Assembly (NCBI GenBank): GCA_964016885.1
Contig: OZ024741.1
Span: forward strand, 213,900,001 to 213,964,000
Source of the DNA: Eledone cirrhosa
Lineage: Eukaryota
Length of the DNA: 64,000 bases
Direction of reading: 5' to 3'
The notes beneath the pieces are model-generated. The model had not been told where the DNA came from. It worked only from the letters and a program-made list of their open reading frames with translations, and ran no database searches. The translations under genes were made by a program, and so were the position numbers. Shown piece by piece: positions 15,334 to 27,920 of the stretch; positions within the stretch are counted from its first letter, which is position 1; each line of letters opens with the position of its first letter.

Positions 15334-16880
15334 CAATCTCTCTCCATCTCTCTCTCCATCTCTCTCTCCATCTCTCTCCATCTCTCTCCATCCATCTCTC
15401 TCTCTCCTTCCAACTCTCTCTCACTCTCTCCTTCCAACTCTCTCTCACTCTTTCTCCTTCCAACTCTCTCTCTCCCTCTCTCCATCTCTCTTTCTCTCTC
15501 TCCCTCCCTCCATCTCTCTCTCCATGGAGTCTTATGCCTGCGACTCTCAAATAAACCAACAACAATACTCACACAGGGTCATGTTACGGTTCCTTACTAC
15601 GTTTCTGATCTTTCCATCATCATCCCTTCTTCATACTCTCCCTCTTTCTCATTCCCTCCCACTCTCCCTCCCATCCACTCTCCCTCCCACCCACTCTCCC
15701 TCTTTCTTTCTCCCTTCCACCTACTCTCTCTTCCACCCACCCTCCCTTCTTCCATAAACTCCCAACACCACCCACGCCGGGCCATAACTACCACACCAAC
15801 ACTGCTACCACCTTCACTACTATTACTATCACCACCACCACGACCTCCACACCACCAACCTCATTATTACTATAACCACCACCATCACCACCACCGGAAC
15901 CACCACCATCACACCACAACCACCACCACCATCACCACAACCACCACCACTACCACTACCACCACCACCATCACGACCACCACCATCACAACCACCATCA
16001 TCACCATCACCACCATCACCACCATCACCACCACCATCACACCACCACCACAATCACACCACCATCACAACCATCACCACCACCACAACTACCACGATCA
16101 CCACCACGATCACCACCACGATCACCACCGCCACCATCACACCACCACCATCACACCACCACCATCACACCACCACCACCATCACAACACCACCACCACC
16201 ATCACACCACCACCACCACCACCATCATCACACCACCACCACCACCATCGCACCTCCATCAACAATACACCACCACACCACCATACCACCATCACAACCT
16301 CCTCACCAACAACCACACCACGACCAACCTCATTACTACTACAACCACCACTACACCACCAGCACCACAGCCACCACACCTCAACCACACCACCACCACT
16401 ACACCACCAACAACATCATTACTACTACAACAATCACCACTACACCACACCACCACCACCACCACACCACGACCACAACACCTCACCACCACCGCCACCA
16501 CACCACCACCACCACACCACCACCACCACACCACCACCACCATACCACAACCACCACACCACGACCACCACAACACGACCATAACACCTCACTACCACCG
16601 CCACCACACCACCACCACCACACCACCACCACCACACCACCACCACCACACCACCACCACCATACCACCACCACCACACCACCACCACCACCACACCACC
16701 ACCACCACACCACCACCATAACACCTCACCACCACCACCACCACACCACCACCACACCACCACCACCACACCACCACCACCACACCACCACCACCACACC
16801 ACCACCACCACACCACGTCACCACCACCACAACCTCATTAACTTCTACAACCATCACCACCATCATTAGCAATCCTACAA
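15180..16880. repeat. CT-rich then (CAC)n-rich low-complexity tracts
   Basis: Direct inspection. Confidence 0.9.
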
Positions 16881-16930
16881 CTACTACAACTGTGGACGAC
16901 TGTAATAAGGATGGTTGTGATCAGACATAT

Positions 16931-17116
16931 AATTGTTTCTACTTTAGGCACAAGGCCAGCAAATACTCAGTGCATTACTGGTACTTTATTTTATCGACCC
17001 CGTAAGGATGAAAGGCAAAGTTAACCTCGGCGGGATTTGAGCTCAGAATGGCAAGGGGCGTAACTCTATGCGTCAAAGCATGGCGTCCGACCCTCTACCG
17101 ATACTGCCAATCCACC
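16931..17116 (-). mobile_element. Meta-like SINE
   Basis: Near-identical to 5748-5923. Confidence 0.9.
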
Positions 17117-17253
17117 GATAGTGATGTCCAGTTGTCTATTATAGTAAATGTGTGACGTAATAATCCTGTCGTTATTGATTCAACTCATCTATATGTTTAA
17201 ATATGTATGTATGTATGTATTGATGATTGCCTGAGCATTGCCAATGTCTATGC

Positions 17254-17290
<37 letters not shown>

Positions 17291-17291
<1 letters not shown>

Positions 17292-17478
17292 CGAAGGAAA
17301 TGTGGTAAGGAACCAGGTGGACCATAACGCACCAAAGTACTCAATACTTAGGGTAGTAGAGTGGGTTATAGGAACGGGTAGGACCCCGACGGCTGAGCTC
17401 AAGCCGTTTCGACGGCTAATTCAGTCCATAATTAGCCGTCGAAACGGCTTGAGCTCAGCCGTCGGGGTCCTACTCGTT

Positions 17479-17483
<5 letters not shown>
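17291..17483 (-). mobile_element. Family H: palindrome centred on HHR stem II + ~75-nt tail, in (TA)n
   Basis: Arms ~17367-17421/17430-17483; GAAACGGCT-tgagctc-AGCCGTC stem III and GUC site, no CUGANGA. Confidence 0.85.
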
Positions 17484-17517
<34 letters not shown>

Positions 17518-17520
<3 letters not shown>

Positions 17521-17925
17521 GAAGTTCTATTTAAATTGTTGTGAACAGCAAGAAAATATTTTTATAACTGATATAAAGCACTCAACAAATTATTGGAGTA
17601 AAAATACAATATATTAACAAATGTAAACTATATTTATAAAACCATATTTATTTCATTATACATATTTCAAGGACCCCAAGTCAAATTATGGTGCGCTTTC
17701 ATCAGATAAAATTATAATATAGATCAGTTTTATAAATAAATATTGACATACCCTTAAAGAATGCGACCATTTCTGTTGGAAGCTCCCGGATAGTCTATTT
17801 ATAAAACTGATCTATATTATATTTTATCTGATGAAAGCGCACCCTAATTTGACTTGGTGTCCTTGAAATATGTATAATGAAATAAATATTGTTTTATAAA
17901 TATAGTTTCCATTTGTTAATATATC

Positions 17926-17926
<1 letters not shown>
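17518..17926 (-). mobile_element. Family D fold-back element with two hammerheads (17649-17712 minus; 17820-17884 plus)
   Basis: Arms ~17611-17737/17796-17924; UAUUUUAU-CUGAUGA-AAGCGCACC..GGUGUCCUU-GAAA-UAUGUA-UA-AUGAAAUA. Confidence 0.85.
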
Positions 17927-18003
<77 letters not shown>

Positions 18004-18154
18004 AAAATTAATCTAAATCAAAATGAATTTAATCTAAATCAAAATTATGGGTGTCATGCCAGAAAGGCATGCGCCATGTCACCCGTAAAATAAGCTCCAA
18101 GATTGTAATGAATAGGTCCGAGCACTTTAGAACAACTAGAAATTGATTAACATG

Positions 18155-18234
<80 letters not shown>

Positions 18235-18253
18235 ATATATACGTGTGTCTGTG

Positions 18254-18305
<52 letters not shown>

Positions 18306-18310
<5 letters not shown>

Positions 18311-18674
18311 GTGTTAAACAATATTCAATGAGTCTGTCAAAGAATTAGTTTTACAGTAGATTGGAAGCACTCTACAGTGAAAAAAAATTTGTTCGGAGTT
18401 ATTAATATTAAAATACAAATATTAATAAAATAGATGTTCTTTTGATCAATTACATTTTATTATACATATTTCGGATGTACAACAGTACGTCCTCATCAGA
18501 CAAAATATAAAGATACATGACATACCCTGAGATGTTAAATGGTATGGGTATGTCAGGGTATGTCATGTATCTTTATATTGTGTCTGATGAGGACGTACTG
18601 TTGTACATCTGAAATATGTATAATAAAATGTACTTGATCAAAAGAACATCTATTTTATTAATATTTATATTTTA

Positions 18675-18678
<4 letters not shown>
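18306..18678 (-). mobile_element. Family E fold-back element with two hammerheads (18452-18508 minus; 18575-18631 plus)
   Basis: Arms ~18405-18530/18553-18678; tail 18306-18404; TA-flanked. Confidence 0.88.
18452..18508 (-). ncRNA. Type I hammerhead ribozyme, canonical core
   Basis: AUAUUUUGU-CUGAUGA-GGACGUAC uguu GUACAUCC-GAAA-UAUGUA-UA-AUAAAAUGU. Confidence 0.88.
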
Positions 18679-18745
<67 letters not shown>

Positions 18746-18939
18746 TATATGTATGTATGTATGTATATGTATGTGTATATATATGTATGTATATGTATAT
18801 ATGTATATACATACACGTGTGTTTGCATATACGTATATCATCGTGTGACATCTATTTGTCCACGCTAACATGAGTTAGATGAGTTGCCCCGTTTGAGAGG
18901 CAAGTCATGTCAGATGACCGTGTCTTGCTCGCACAATAT

Positions 18940-19289
18940 TTTTCTGGTTTGGTTTCTACGGCTGGATGCCCTTACTAACGCCAACTATGTTTACAGTATA
19001 TACTGGCTACTTTTCATCGTAGTACCAAAACGATGACTTGACAGTGTGGGCTGGGCGCTTTCATTGTCGTGTCATCTAGCACGAACAATTAACTGTGACG
19101 ACTGGGATATTTTGTCGTGACACCTACACGACCACTTGACAATGAGGGCGGGCGCTCAATTGTTGCGTCATAGACACAACCACCTGATAATCTGATAATG
19201 TATATTGGGCGCTTTTGTCGTGTCACCTACCCGACCACTTTTCAGCGTGGACTGGGAGTTTTTGTCGTGGCTCTAAGATGAACACTTTA

Positions 19290-19292
<3 letters not shown>
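18940..19292. repeat. Dispersed repeat fragment (TTCTACGGCTGGATGCCCTT..AACGCCAAC) followed by degenerate ~45-50 bp tandem repeats
   Basis: Recurrent GGGCGCTTTTGTCGTGTCA-like units. Confidence 0.6.
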
Positions 19293-19348
<56 letters not shown>

Positions 19349-19355
<7 letters not shown>

Positions 19356-19527
19356 GTGAGGGTTTTTTTACAAAATGAAAAATAAACGAGGTGTCCTACA
19401 CGAGTGAAAGTATAAAGAAAAAAAGATGAAATCGAAAATGCAACTGGAGTCTTATTTTAAAAAAATATATATATTTTTAAAAAAATAAGACTCCAGTTGC
19501 ATTTTCGATTTCATCTTTTTTTCTTTA
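19349..19527 (-). mobile_element. Fold-back of the Penelope family P extreme 3' end
   Basis: Matches 11793-11895 and 24643-24748; palindrome ~19411-19527 centred on TATATATA. Confidence 0.85.
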
Positions 19528-19925
19528 TATATATATATATATATATATGTGTGTAGATAAATCTACCAAAATATATGGTAGTGTCCAATCTGTATAAAGA
19601 ACTCAATGTAATCCCAATATAGAAGATATCATAAAAAGAGAAGATGTATTCAAAAATTTACGATAAAAGTAATAGGAAAACAGAGTCGAGATAAATTAAT
19701 AAAAACAATGAAATAAAAACATATACATGCACATATACATGCCGTCAAAACAGCGTGTATATGTGAATGTATGTATATTTTCTCTGATAATTTGTAATAT
19801 TTTTACATAGATCTTAAACATGATATACATACCAACACACATAAACATCTCAGAAGCGATCGTAAAATGATGAATTTTTTTATATAAGGTACTTGATCTT
19901 TGTTTTTATTTCATTGTTTTTATTA

Positions 19926-19968
<43 letters not shown>

Positions 19969-20164
19969 GATAAATCTACCAAGAGTATATATATATAAAT
20001 GTTCGCTCTACATGGCTGAATACAATAAATGTAATCTTAGTTTTTCGAATATTAATAATAACATTCGATTCGTTTGCAATTATGCAAACAAGCCTCATTT
20101 TTAAAGCTATATCAGTAGAATGAGCCCCTCATTCTTGCTCTTATGTTGGCATGTAATTATCTCA

Positions 20165-20303
20165 GTAAATTACTGATACTTTATTTTATCGACCCCGTAA
20201 GGATGAAAGGCAAAGTTAACCTCGGCGGGATTTGAACTCAGATCATAAAGGCAGGTAACTCTATGCTTCAAAGCATGGCGTCCGACACTCTACCGATACT
20301 GCC
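20165..20303 (-). mobile_element. Meta-like SINE, partial
   Basis: Core and head match other copies. Confidence 0.85.
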
Positions 20304-20469
20304 CTATATATAAAATAATGAAATAAAAAATCAAGGTATAAGATAGGTGTGCTTATGTGTATTGAGTATGTTTGTGGTTGTGTGCGGCCATGTGTGTTTG
20401 TGTGTGTATAATACAGACACACACACACTATATATATATGTATATATATATATTTATATATATATTTAT

Positions 20470-20530
20470 TTAATATAGAAAGGCTTCTCCGGGACTAGAA
20501 TTGTTTCATTCGGGAGAAATCATCAGGATG
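20470..20530 (-). mobile_element. Family C fragment with HHR-like core
   Basis: Reverse complement CCTGATGATTTCTCCCGAATGAAACAATTCTAGTCC. Confidence 0.7.
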
Positions 20531-20550
20531 CATATATATATATATATATG

Positions 20551-20760
20551 TAGAAGTTCTATTTACATTGTTGGGATACAACAAGCAAATATTTTTATAA
20601 CTGATATAAAGCACTCAACAAATGGAAACTATATTTATAAAACATATTTATTTCATTATACATATTTCAAGGACACCAAGTTAAATTATGGTGTGCTTTC
20701 ATCAGATAAAATATAATATAGATCAGTTTTATAAATATAGTTTCCATTTGTTAATATATC

Positions 20761-20762
<2 letters not shown>
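20551..20762 (-). mobile_element. Family D element with HHR 20649-20713 and short fold-back
   Basis: Homologous to 17518-17926, same ends. Confidence 0.85.
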
Positions 20763-20815
<53 letters not shown>

Positions 20816-21038
20816 TCCAATGGAAAATACGGAGGCGGAGGAAAGTGTGTATATATAAGCATTACCTCTATAGTTGAAAATATTTTTACATCTCTCCATT
20901 TTCTCTCCTCCATTGTCTCTCACCCTCCCTTTCTAACATACCTACCTCTTACTACCCGTCTAACTCCCTACTATAGCAATCACATACACTCTTTCTACCG
21001 ACCCCATCTCTCTCTCTCTCTGTCTCTCTCTAAGTGCG

Positions 21039-21121
21039 CAGCTGTGAAATGTTTACGACTGTTTATGGGTGAGCCCGGTCGGTGTTTGCTTAGAATGGTA
21101 AACAGACGTGACAGTGTTTAT
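21039..21121. promoter_or_regulatory. Candidate enhancer: five forkhead-type motifs + E-box + TGACAG
   Basis: TGTTTAC 21050, TGTTTAT 21060, TGTTTGC 21083, GTAAACA 21098, TGTTTAT 21115. Confidence 0.35.
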
Positions 21122-21140
21122 AGCTCTAAGTGGATGGGTG

Positions 21141-21200
<60 letters not shown>

Positions 21201-21316
21201 TGTGTGCATGTATGCATGTGTATATATGTGGGTGTGTGTTTATATATATATATATATATTCTGTGTGTTGGTGTGTGTATGAGTATGTATACCACCTGCA
21301 CACTATGCAGACAAGT

Positions 21317-21370
<54 letters not shown>

Positions 21371-21519
21371 TCATACATACATACTTCTCTATACCCTTCT
21401 TTGCACTCACACAGATATAATTGTATGCATGACATTTGGGTATTTATATTTTCTAAGTGTCGTATATCGAGTTCTTTTTCTTACTTTCATCACATACAGC
21501 TACATAGGTCTGCATACAA

Positions 21520-21635
<116 letters not shown>

Positions 21636-22520
21636 ACACGCGCACATTCAATTAGGTAGGTAGGTGTGTTTATGGATGGAGGAAAAGTCTTTTCTTTTGC
21701 CCAATTTCAATTATATGTCGCCATAGATATGCGCAAGACAATATATATATATATATATCTATATATATATATATATAATACATACATGTATATATGTGTG
21801 TGCATATATATATATATATATATATACACGTACACATATATACATGTAGGGAGAGAGAGAGAGAGAGAGAGAGATTTATGCATGTGTGTGATTTCTGTAG
21901 TTTATATTTTTGCCTGGGCGGGAAAGGTTTTCACGCCTCACCAGATATCTTCCCGCCTTCTCTTCGATCGTAATGTAGTGCGGTTGTATTAAAAACCCAC
22001 AAACGATCCAGTAAAACAGCTTTGTTGGTCAATATGATGAGGTCACCTTTATTGACATTCTACAGCCATCTTGGTTACATCACATGGCGCCTCCATAGAT
22101 TTCGACGATGATCAACTGAACATCCAACTTATGAATTGACGTGTATGTCTTTGAGATTTCCATAGGCACGTGTATACTAACGTAATTTTCTAGCCAAATC
22201 AAAAATAAAATAAATGACAAACTTATACTTCACAATTGCAGGTACAATCTGTCTTTTATTGTAGAGTAAATTGCTCTATATTACACAGGCACGTGTAGCT
22301 TTAGCTTAATAATTCTATGTGGAACGAACATGATGTAATAGGTGACATATCTCTACCTTTCCTTTCAATTGCTGATACAATCAGTCTCGTATTTTTCTGT
22401 AATAATGGCTGATTATTCCACAGATACTTAGAAGCGTAATTTTCTAGCTGAATCAGTATGATACAATAAAGTCACGGCTGAGCCTTTGAATTACAAAATA
22501 ATAAAAGAAGGATTGTAATT

Positions 22521-22770
22521 GTGAAGGCGCATGGCTTAGTGGTTAGATCATTGGGCTGGCAATCGAAAGGTTGTGAGTTCAATTCCCGGACCGGGTGATG
22601 TGTTGTTTCCTTGAGCAAGACACTTTATTTCACGTTTCTCCAGTTTACTCAGCTGTAGAAATGAGATGATAGGACTGGGGTCCATATCATTAAATCTCCC
22701 AAGACACCTCCAACGAGATATACCTTGGAGGAGGCCAGCTAAACCTGCATAGGAGTGAGCTGTTACACAC
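22521..22770 (+). mobile_element. tRNA-derived SINE with CORE-like domain (CCTTGAGCAAGACACTT)
   Basis: A box TGGCTTAGTGG, B box GTTCAATTCC; near-identical copy 45311-45560. Confidence 0.9.
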
Positions 22771-22778
22771 AATTGTAA

Positions 22779-23210
22779 GGCGGTGGGTTGGCAACATGAA
22801 TCGTTAGAGTGTCAGACAACCTGAATCGTTAGAGCGTCAGACAACATGCTTTGCGGCATTTATTCCGGATGTTTACGTCATGAGTTCAAATCCCATCAAT
22901 GTTTTACTTTGGTTTTCATCTTTCGGTGTCGATAAAATAAAGTACCTGTCTAGTACTGGGATCGATATAATGAGCTTCTCCTCCCAACAAATGTTTGGCC
23001 TTGTGCCTTATTTAGAAATCATTGGGGAATTGGCAGTATCGGTAGAGGGTCGGACGCCATGCTTTCCAGCATAAGTTACGTCCCTTTACGGTCTGAGTCC
23101 AAATCCCGCCAAGGTTAACTTTGCCTTTCATCCTCACGGGGTCGATAAAATAAAGTACCAGTAATGCACAGGGTAATTGCTGGCCTCATGCCAAAAATAG
23201 AAACAATTAT
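22779..23210 (+). mobile_element. Two tandem Meta-like SINEs
   Basis: Heads at ~22779 (with internal duplication) and ~23028; cores and tails present. Confidence 0.85.
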
Positions 23211-23775
23211 TGTGTAAGTGGCTGGGTATTCCACACCTTTAAGGTGACAATTCTCAAAGTTAATCGGTGTGACGCAATATGTGACAAACCTGGACCTTTG
23301 ACGTATGGGTACAATCAATTTCGTATTATATTGCATGTGGTTGAGTATCTCAAAGCCACGTATGTAATTCCGAAGCAGAGACAGCGTGATCCATTATGTC
23401 AGGTTATATTAAACCCCCACAAACAATGAAATAAAACGATGTTGTTGGTGAATATGATGACGTCATCTGTATTGATGTAATGCCGAAATGCTGATTGCAT
23501 TTACTACAAAACAGCTACCGCTACAATGAGAGTTGTTCCGCATGATTGCACGCCAGACGTCGCTAACGTAGTGTTGCCGCGTAACGCTACCTATTCCTTC
23601 TTACATCAGGTTATCCCTAATCTAGTAAAGCAAACACACAATTCCCCATCTCATCTTTCCTCTTCTCCCATATTGTGTCCTTGTCTCTCTATCCCTATTA
23701 AAAATACGCATTCTACATATATAGCGAATTAGATTTCTCAAAAATGTTGTCATGACAAGTAACATAGACAGATCT

Positions 23776-23840
<65 letters not shown>

Positions 23841-23845
<5 letters not shown>

Positions 23846-24032
23846 AACGAGTAGGACTCCGACGGCTGAGCTCAAGCCGTTTCGACGGCTAATTCAGTCC
23901 AGAATTAGCCGTCGAAACGGCTTGAGCTCAGCCGTCGGGGTCCTACTTGTTCCTATTACCCACTCTACTAACCTAAGTATTGAGTACTTTGGTGCGTTAT
24001 GGTCCACCTGGTTCCTTACCACATTTCCTTCG

Positions 24033-24034
<2 letters not shown>
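23841..24034 (+). mobile_element. Family H palindrome + tail, in (TA)n
   Basis: Near-identical to reverse complement of 17291-17483 except loop orientation. Confidence 0.88.
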
Positions 24035-24095
<61 letters not shown>

Positions 24096-24186
24096 GACGC
24101 GCGTTTCGTAATTGATTTATGTCAATCGAGCCCGGCTCTAGAATCAAAAGCTCATCAGACTTCTGTTAGCGTAATTTATATATATA

Positions 24187-24381
24187 CGAGGGTCGGCTGA
24201 AAGGTTCATACGATGATCAAGTTACAATCATGAAATGACCAAAAAAGGTCTATTTTTCAACATAGTCCCTGGGAAGAAACAATGGACTTATTAATAAGAG
24301 ATGAAATTAATACGTGCAATATTTCACAGCTCTAGCATCACTCCTCAGTAGCCATCATATGAACTCTTCAGCCCAGACTCG
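24187..24381. mobile_element. Tc1/mariner-type MITE
   Basis: TA-CGAGGGTCGGCTGAAAGGTTCATA ... TATGAACTCTTCAGCCCAGACTCG imperfect TIRs. Confidence 0.75.
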
Positions 24382-24642
24382 TGTATATATATATAAATGC
24401 AAGAAGCAAAGAAAATTTCAATGATACGAAAGATTTCCTGGTGGAAGTTCAGGTGTACTCCGGGCTGGTATCCAGTTTCGGGGTGAAAATCCAAATTAGA
24501 AAATCGCCTGTCCCCTCAATCTATCTTATTTCTCATTCTTTCTTCTGACGTCCGAAACGTCAAGACCCTCTTTCTGCTATATCAAGCGTTAACCTAATAT
24601 ATCCCTTCCATATTGTTATTTCTGTTTACCTTTTATATATAT

Positions 24643-26424
24643 ATTAGAAAATGAGGTTTTATTTACAAAATGAAAATTAACGAGACGTCCTACACGTGTG
24701 GAAGTATAAGGGAAAATGATGAAGTCGAAAATGTAACTGGAGTCTTTTTAAGAATATTTATTTGGTTCCTTTACTGGTTTCGCAGTTCTTGTGCTTTTCA
24801 AAAGTAGAACTGAGATGGGGGAGTTTGTGGTTTTTCTCGCATCTGGTTGGTGTTCGAATGTTACTTCTGTTTTATACGGAAAAAAAGTGGCTCGAAATGC
24901 TAGGTTTTTAGAAAAGTGATTTGGTTGGTTGAAGACTGTCACGTGAATAAGTATAATAAATTTCGCGCCAGTTCGCGTTACACAGTTCTTATTATATTTG
25001 CCTTTTAAAAAGGGAGAGGGGAGGCTCAGATTGTTTTTTCATATATGAGTGAAATTTGGTTGGTTAATGCAGTCACGTGAATAAGCACATCAACTTTCGC
25101 GCCAGCTTGTGTTTGAGTTTCTTTTTACTTAAAAATGTGGCTCAAAAGGTTTTTTATATAAATGTAATTTGATTGGTTATAAATGAAATTATGACTGTCA
25201 CGTGAACAAGTACATTAAATTTCGCGCCCGTATTTGGGAATTTCTTTTGTAGCCTTTTAGAGAATTTTGTGCCAAACAAAAGATAATGGTCAAGAAAAAA
25301 GGGATGGGGAGATTTGTTCTGGATCAGTGAGTATGGCTGGTGTGCTGGGGTGTCAGAATTCAGACTTCCTATTGAAATAAAGAAAGTAGAGATATTTATT
25401 TTTATTTATGTGCTAGTGTGTGTGCGTGTGTGTGTGTGTGTAGGAAAATGATTCTATTAGTAGAAGTGGGGAGGGAGTTATGTAGTGTGTGTATGGGTGT
25501 TATATGTGCGTGCGTATGTGTATTTGGGTGTATGGTTGGCATGTTAAGATGGAGAGAATATATAGTTGTGTGTGTAGGAAAAGGATTCCGTAAGTAGAAA
25601 TGGGAGAGGGAGTTATGTGTGTGGTGGTGGGGGGTATGGTTAGCATGTTAAGGTGTTAGAGTATTAACTTATGTTAAGGTTTATTTAGCTCTGGTTTTTA
25701 TTTTCGAATATAGGTGTATTGTGTGTATGTATGTATGTGTCTGTTTGGATGGTTAGCATGTTATGCTGTTGACATAATGTATATTAAACTATATTTAATG
25801 CTGGTCTATATTTTAGAATAAACATATTTTCCTTATTTGTTCGTATTTGTTCTGTTGTATTGTCAGCGCAAAGATAAAATGGAAGACTTGGAATTTAGGT
25901 GTCTTATCACTTGTGCATATGTCTAGATGTGCACTGAGTGGTATCTGTCTTGCGGTAGGGTCTCGTAATTGTTTGGCGATGAATTGTCATTCTGATTCTA
26001 AGTCTCAGTTTAGTTTGTCCTATATAATCTTCATTGCATCCTTTACATTTAATGGCATAAAGTAAATTTTTTGATGAGCAAGTGAAGTGATTTTTTACAG
26101 CAAAATGTTGTCTTGATTGAAATGTATACATGTTGCCTTCAATGAGGTGAGTGCAGGTTCTACAATTAGAGCGAACACATTTTTTGACAGTTGGTTGTGG
26201 GTTTGTGGTAGGTAATTTGGTATTGGTGAGTAATGTTTTTAGTGATTTCGGTTGTCTTTTGCTTTTGATTATTTTGTGTTTCAAGGGCTTTTTTCATTCT
26301 TGGGTCTTGTTTCAATAGTGGGATGTTCTTGTCAATAATGTTGTAAGCTTCCGCCTTTCTTGGGTTGTGTGTTGAGATATATGATAGAATATTGGACGCA
26401 CCTTGAATTTGTTTCTGTTTTCGT
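24643..26424 (-). mobile_element. 5'-truncated Penelope-like retrotransposon inserted in (TA)n
   Basis: GIY-YIG ORF remnant, long 3' UTR with three GTCACGTGAA..TTTCGCGCC repeats (24920-25230), variant HHR 24768-24804, TA runs at both ends. Confidence 0.88.
25790..26424 (-). pseudogene. Penelope RT-linker/GIY-YIG endonuclease C-terminus, frameshifted
   Basis: YISTHNP linker, KSKRQPKSLKTLL, CxxxxCxxC, FTCSSKNLLYAIKCKGCNEDYIGQT..RLRIRMTIHRQ, ends ..KYRPALN. Confidence 0.9.
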
Positions 26425-26443
26425 AATATATATATATATATAT

Positions 26444-26756
26444 GTTGTTAAGTGTTTCCGATGAAATAAATCAAGGGAGAAAATACACTGCGTAATGTAC
26501 AAAACCAAAATGTATTATATGAATAAGATCTCAACACAAATGCATACTACCTCAGGTTTCAAACTTCAACCTGCATAGGACATATTAATATGTCCGAAGA
26601 TAACTAAATTAACAGGCATTACAGAATATCTATTTCCCATGCTGGTTGAAATTTGAAATCTTAGGTAGCATGCATTTGTGTTGAGATTCGTATAATATAT
26701 ATAAGTCACCCTGAAGATGTGTGGTTCCCAATTGGGAGCAATTTGGTTTAAGACCG

Positions 26757-26760
<4 letters not shown>
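26444..26760. mobile_element. Fold-back element between microsatellites
   Basis: Inverted repeat 26512-26580/26635-26697. Confidence 0.6.
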
Positions 26761-26845
<85 letters not shown>

Positions 26846-27702
26846 CTATTTGTTTGGGTTTCGTACAATATTCATATACATCCACACTCTTTCTCTCTCT
26901 ATCTCCATCTCTATTTCTCTGTCTATCTATCTCTCGTACGTGCTTTCTTCCTCTTGTGTAACACACGGTTCTCGTATTGCCAAACCACTGCCACTGCCAC
27001 AACCACCTCCATCTCTAGCTGATAACCCAATTAGCGATTTGTCACCTCATATATTGACTTCACCTCGTATTAAATTCACTGTTTATATGAGATGCAGAGG
27101 CTGAGGGTGGAAAGAGAATGGGTGAGAGCGAGGGAAACGAACGAACGTGATGTGTACATGCAGAGGTGAGAGAGAGGGTAGAGAGATAAAGAGGAACGAA
27201 CTAGGTGTATGGGCGCCGGCTCTCTGTGACGGGTGTAGTTTGAATATGATCAGTTACCCTATGGTGTTTATCACGTGATCTTATCTAATTTGATTCCACC
27301 ACTGTCATTTATCACATTTGGTGAACCCGTGACATTTTCGAACCTACGACAGGAGACGCTGAAAGTAAGCTGAATTGATAGCAATCATTAAAATAAAAAT
27401 GGACTTGGATAGGGTCTCATGTTAACTTTGAACTTAAAAATTTCCAAGCAGATGCACTGAACGTACTATATACTATATGTGTTGGGTGTGATCACAGCCG
27501 GCGCCAGGTTATTTAGCGCCGAGGGCTAGTTCTACAATATGCAGCCCTTCTAGTTATGTACCCCGTTCTCACAAATAAAATAATTTCTACTTACTATTTA
27601 GCAACGTGCCGAATCTAGTTTCTGATACTTCTTGTGCTCACAGCACAAAGAAAATTGATAAGCCTGCATTTTCCATTACACAGTCTGCACTCACCCACGC
27701 CA

Positions 27703-27920
27703 AATAATGGTTTCTAATTCAGGCAGAAGGTTAGCAATTTGGAGGGAAAGGGGAAAGTCGTTTAAATCGATCCAATGCGTGACTGGTACTTTATTTTATC
27801 GACCCCCCGTAAGGATGAAAAGCAAAACTAAACTCGTCGTAATGTGAACTCATAACGTAAAGGGCCGCAACTGAATGCTGTGAAGCAGGATGACCGATGC
27901 TCCCCCGATACTGCCAATTC
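27703..27920 (-). mobile_element. Meta-like SINE, diverged
   Basis: CTGGTACTTTATTTTATCGACCCC..AAGGATGAAA core; CCGATACTGCCAA head. Confidence 0.85.

Noticed and set aside
22521-22600. tRNA gene
   Set aside because: A/B boxes belong to SINE heads; no full cloverleaf, continues into SINE core
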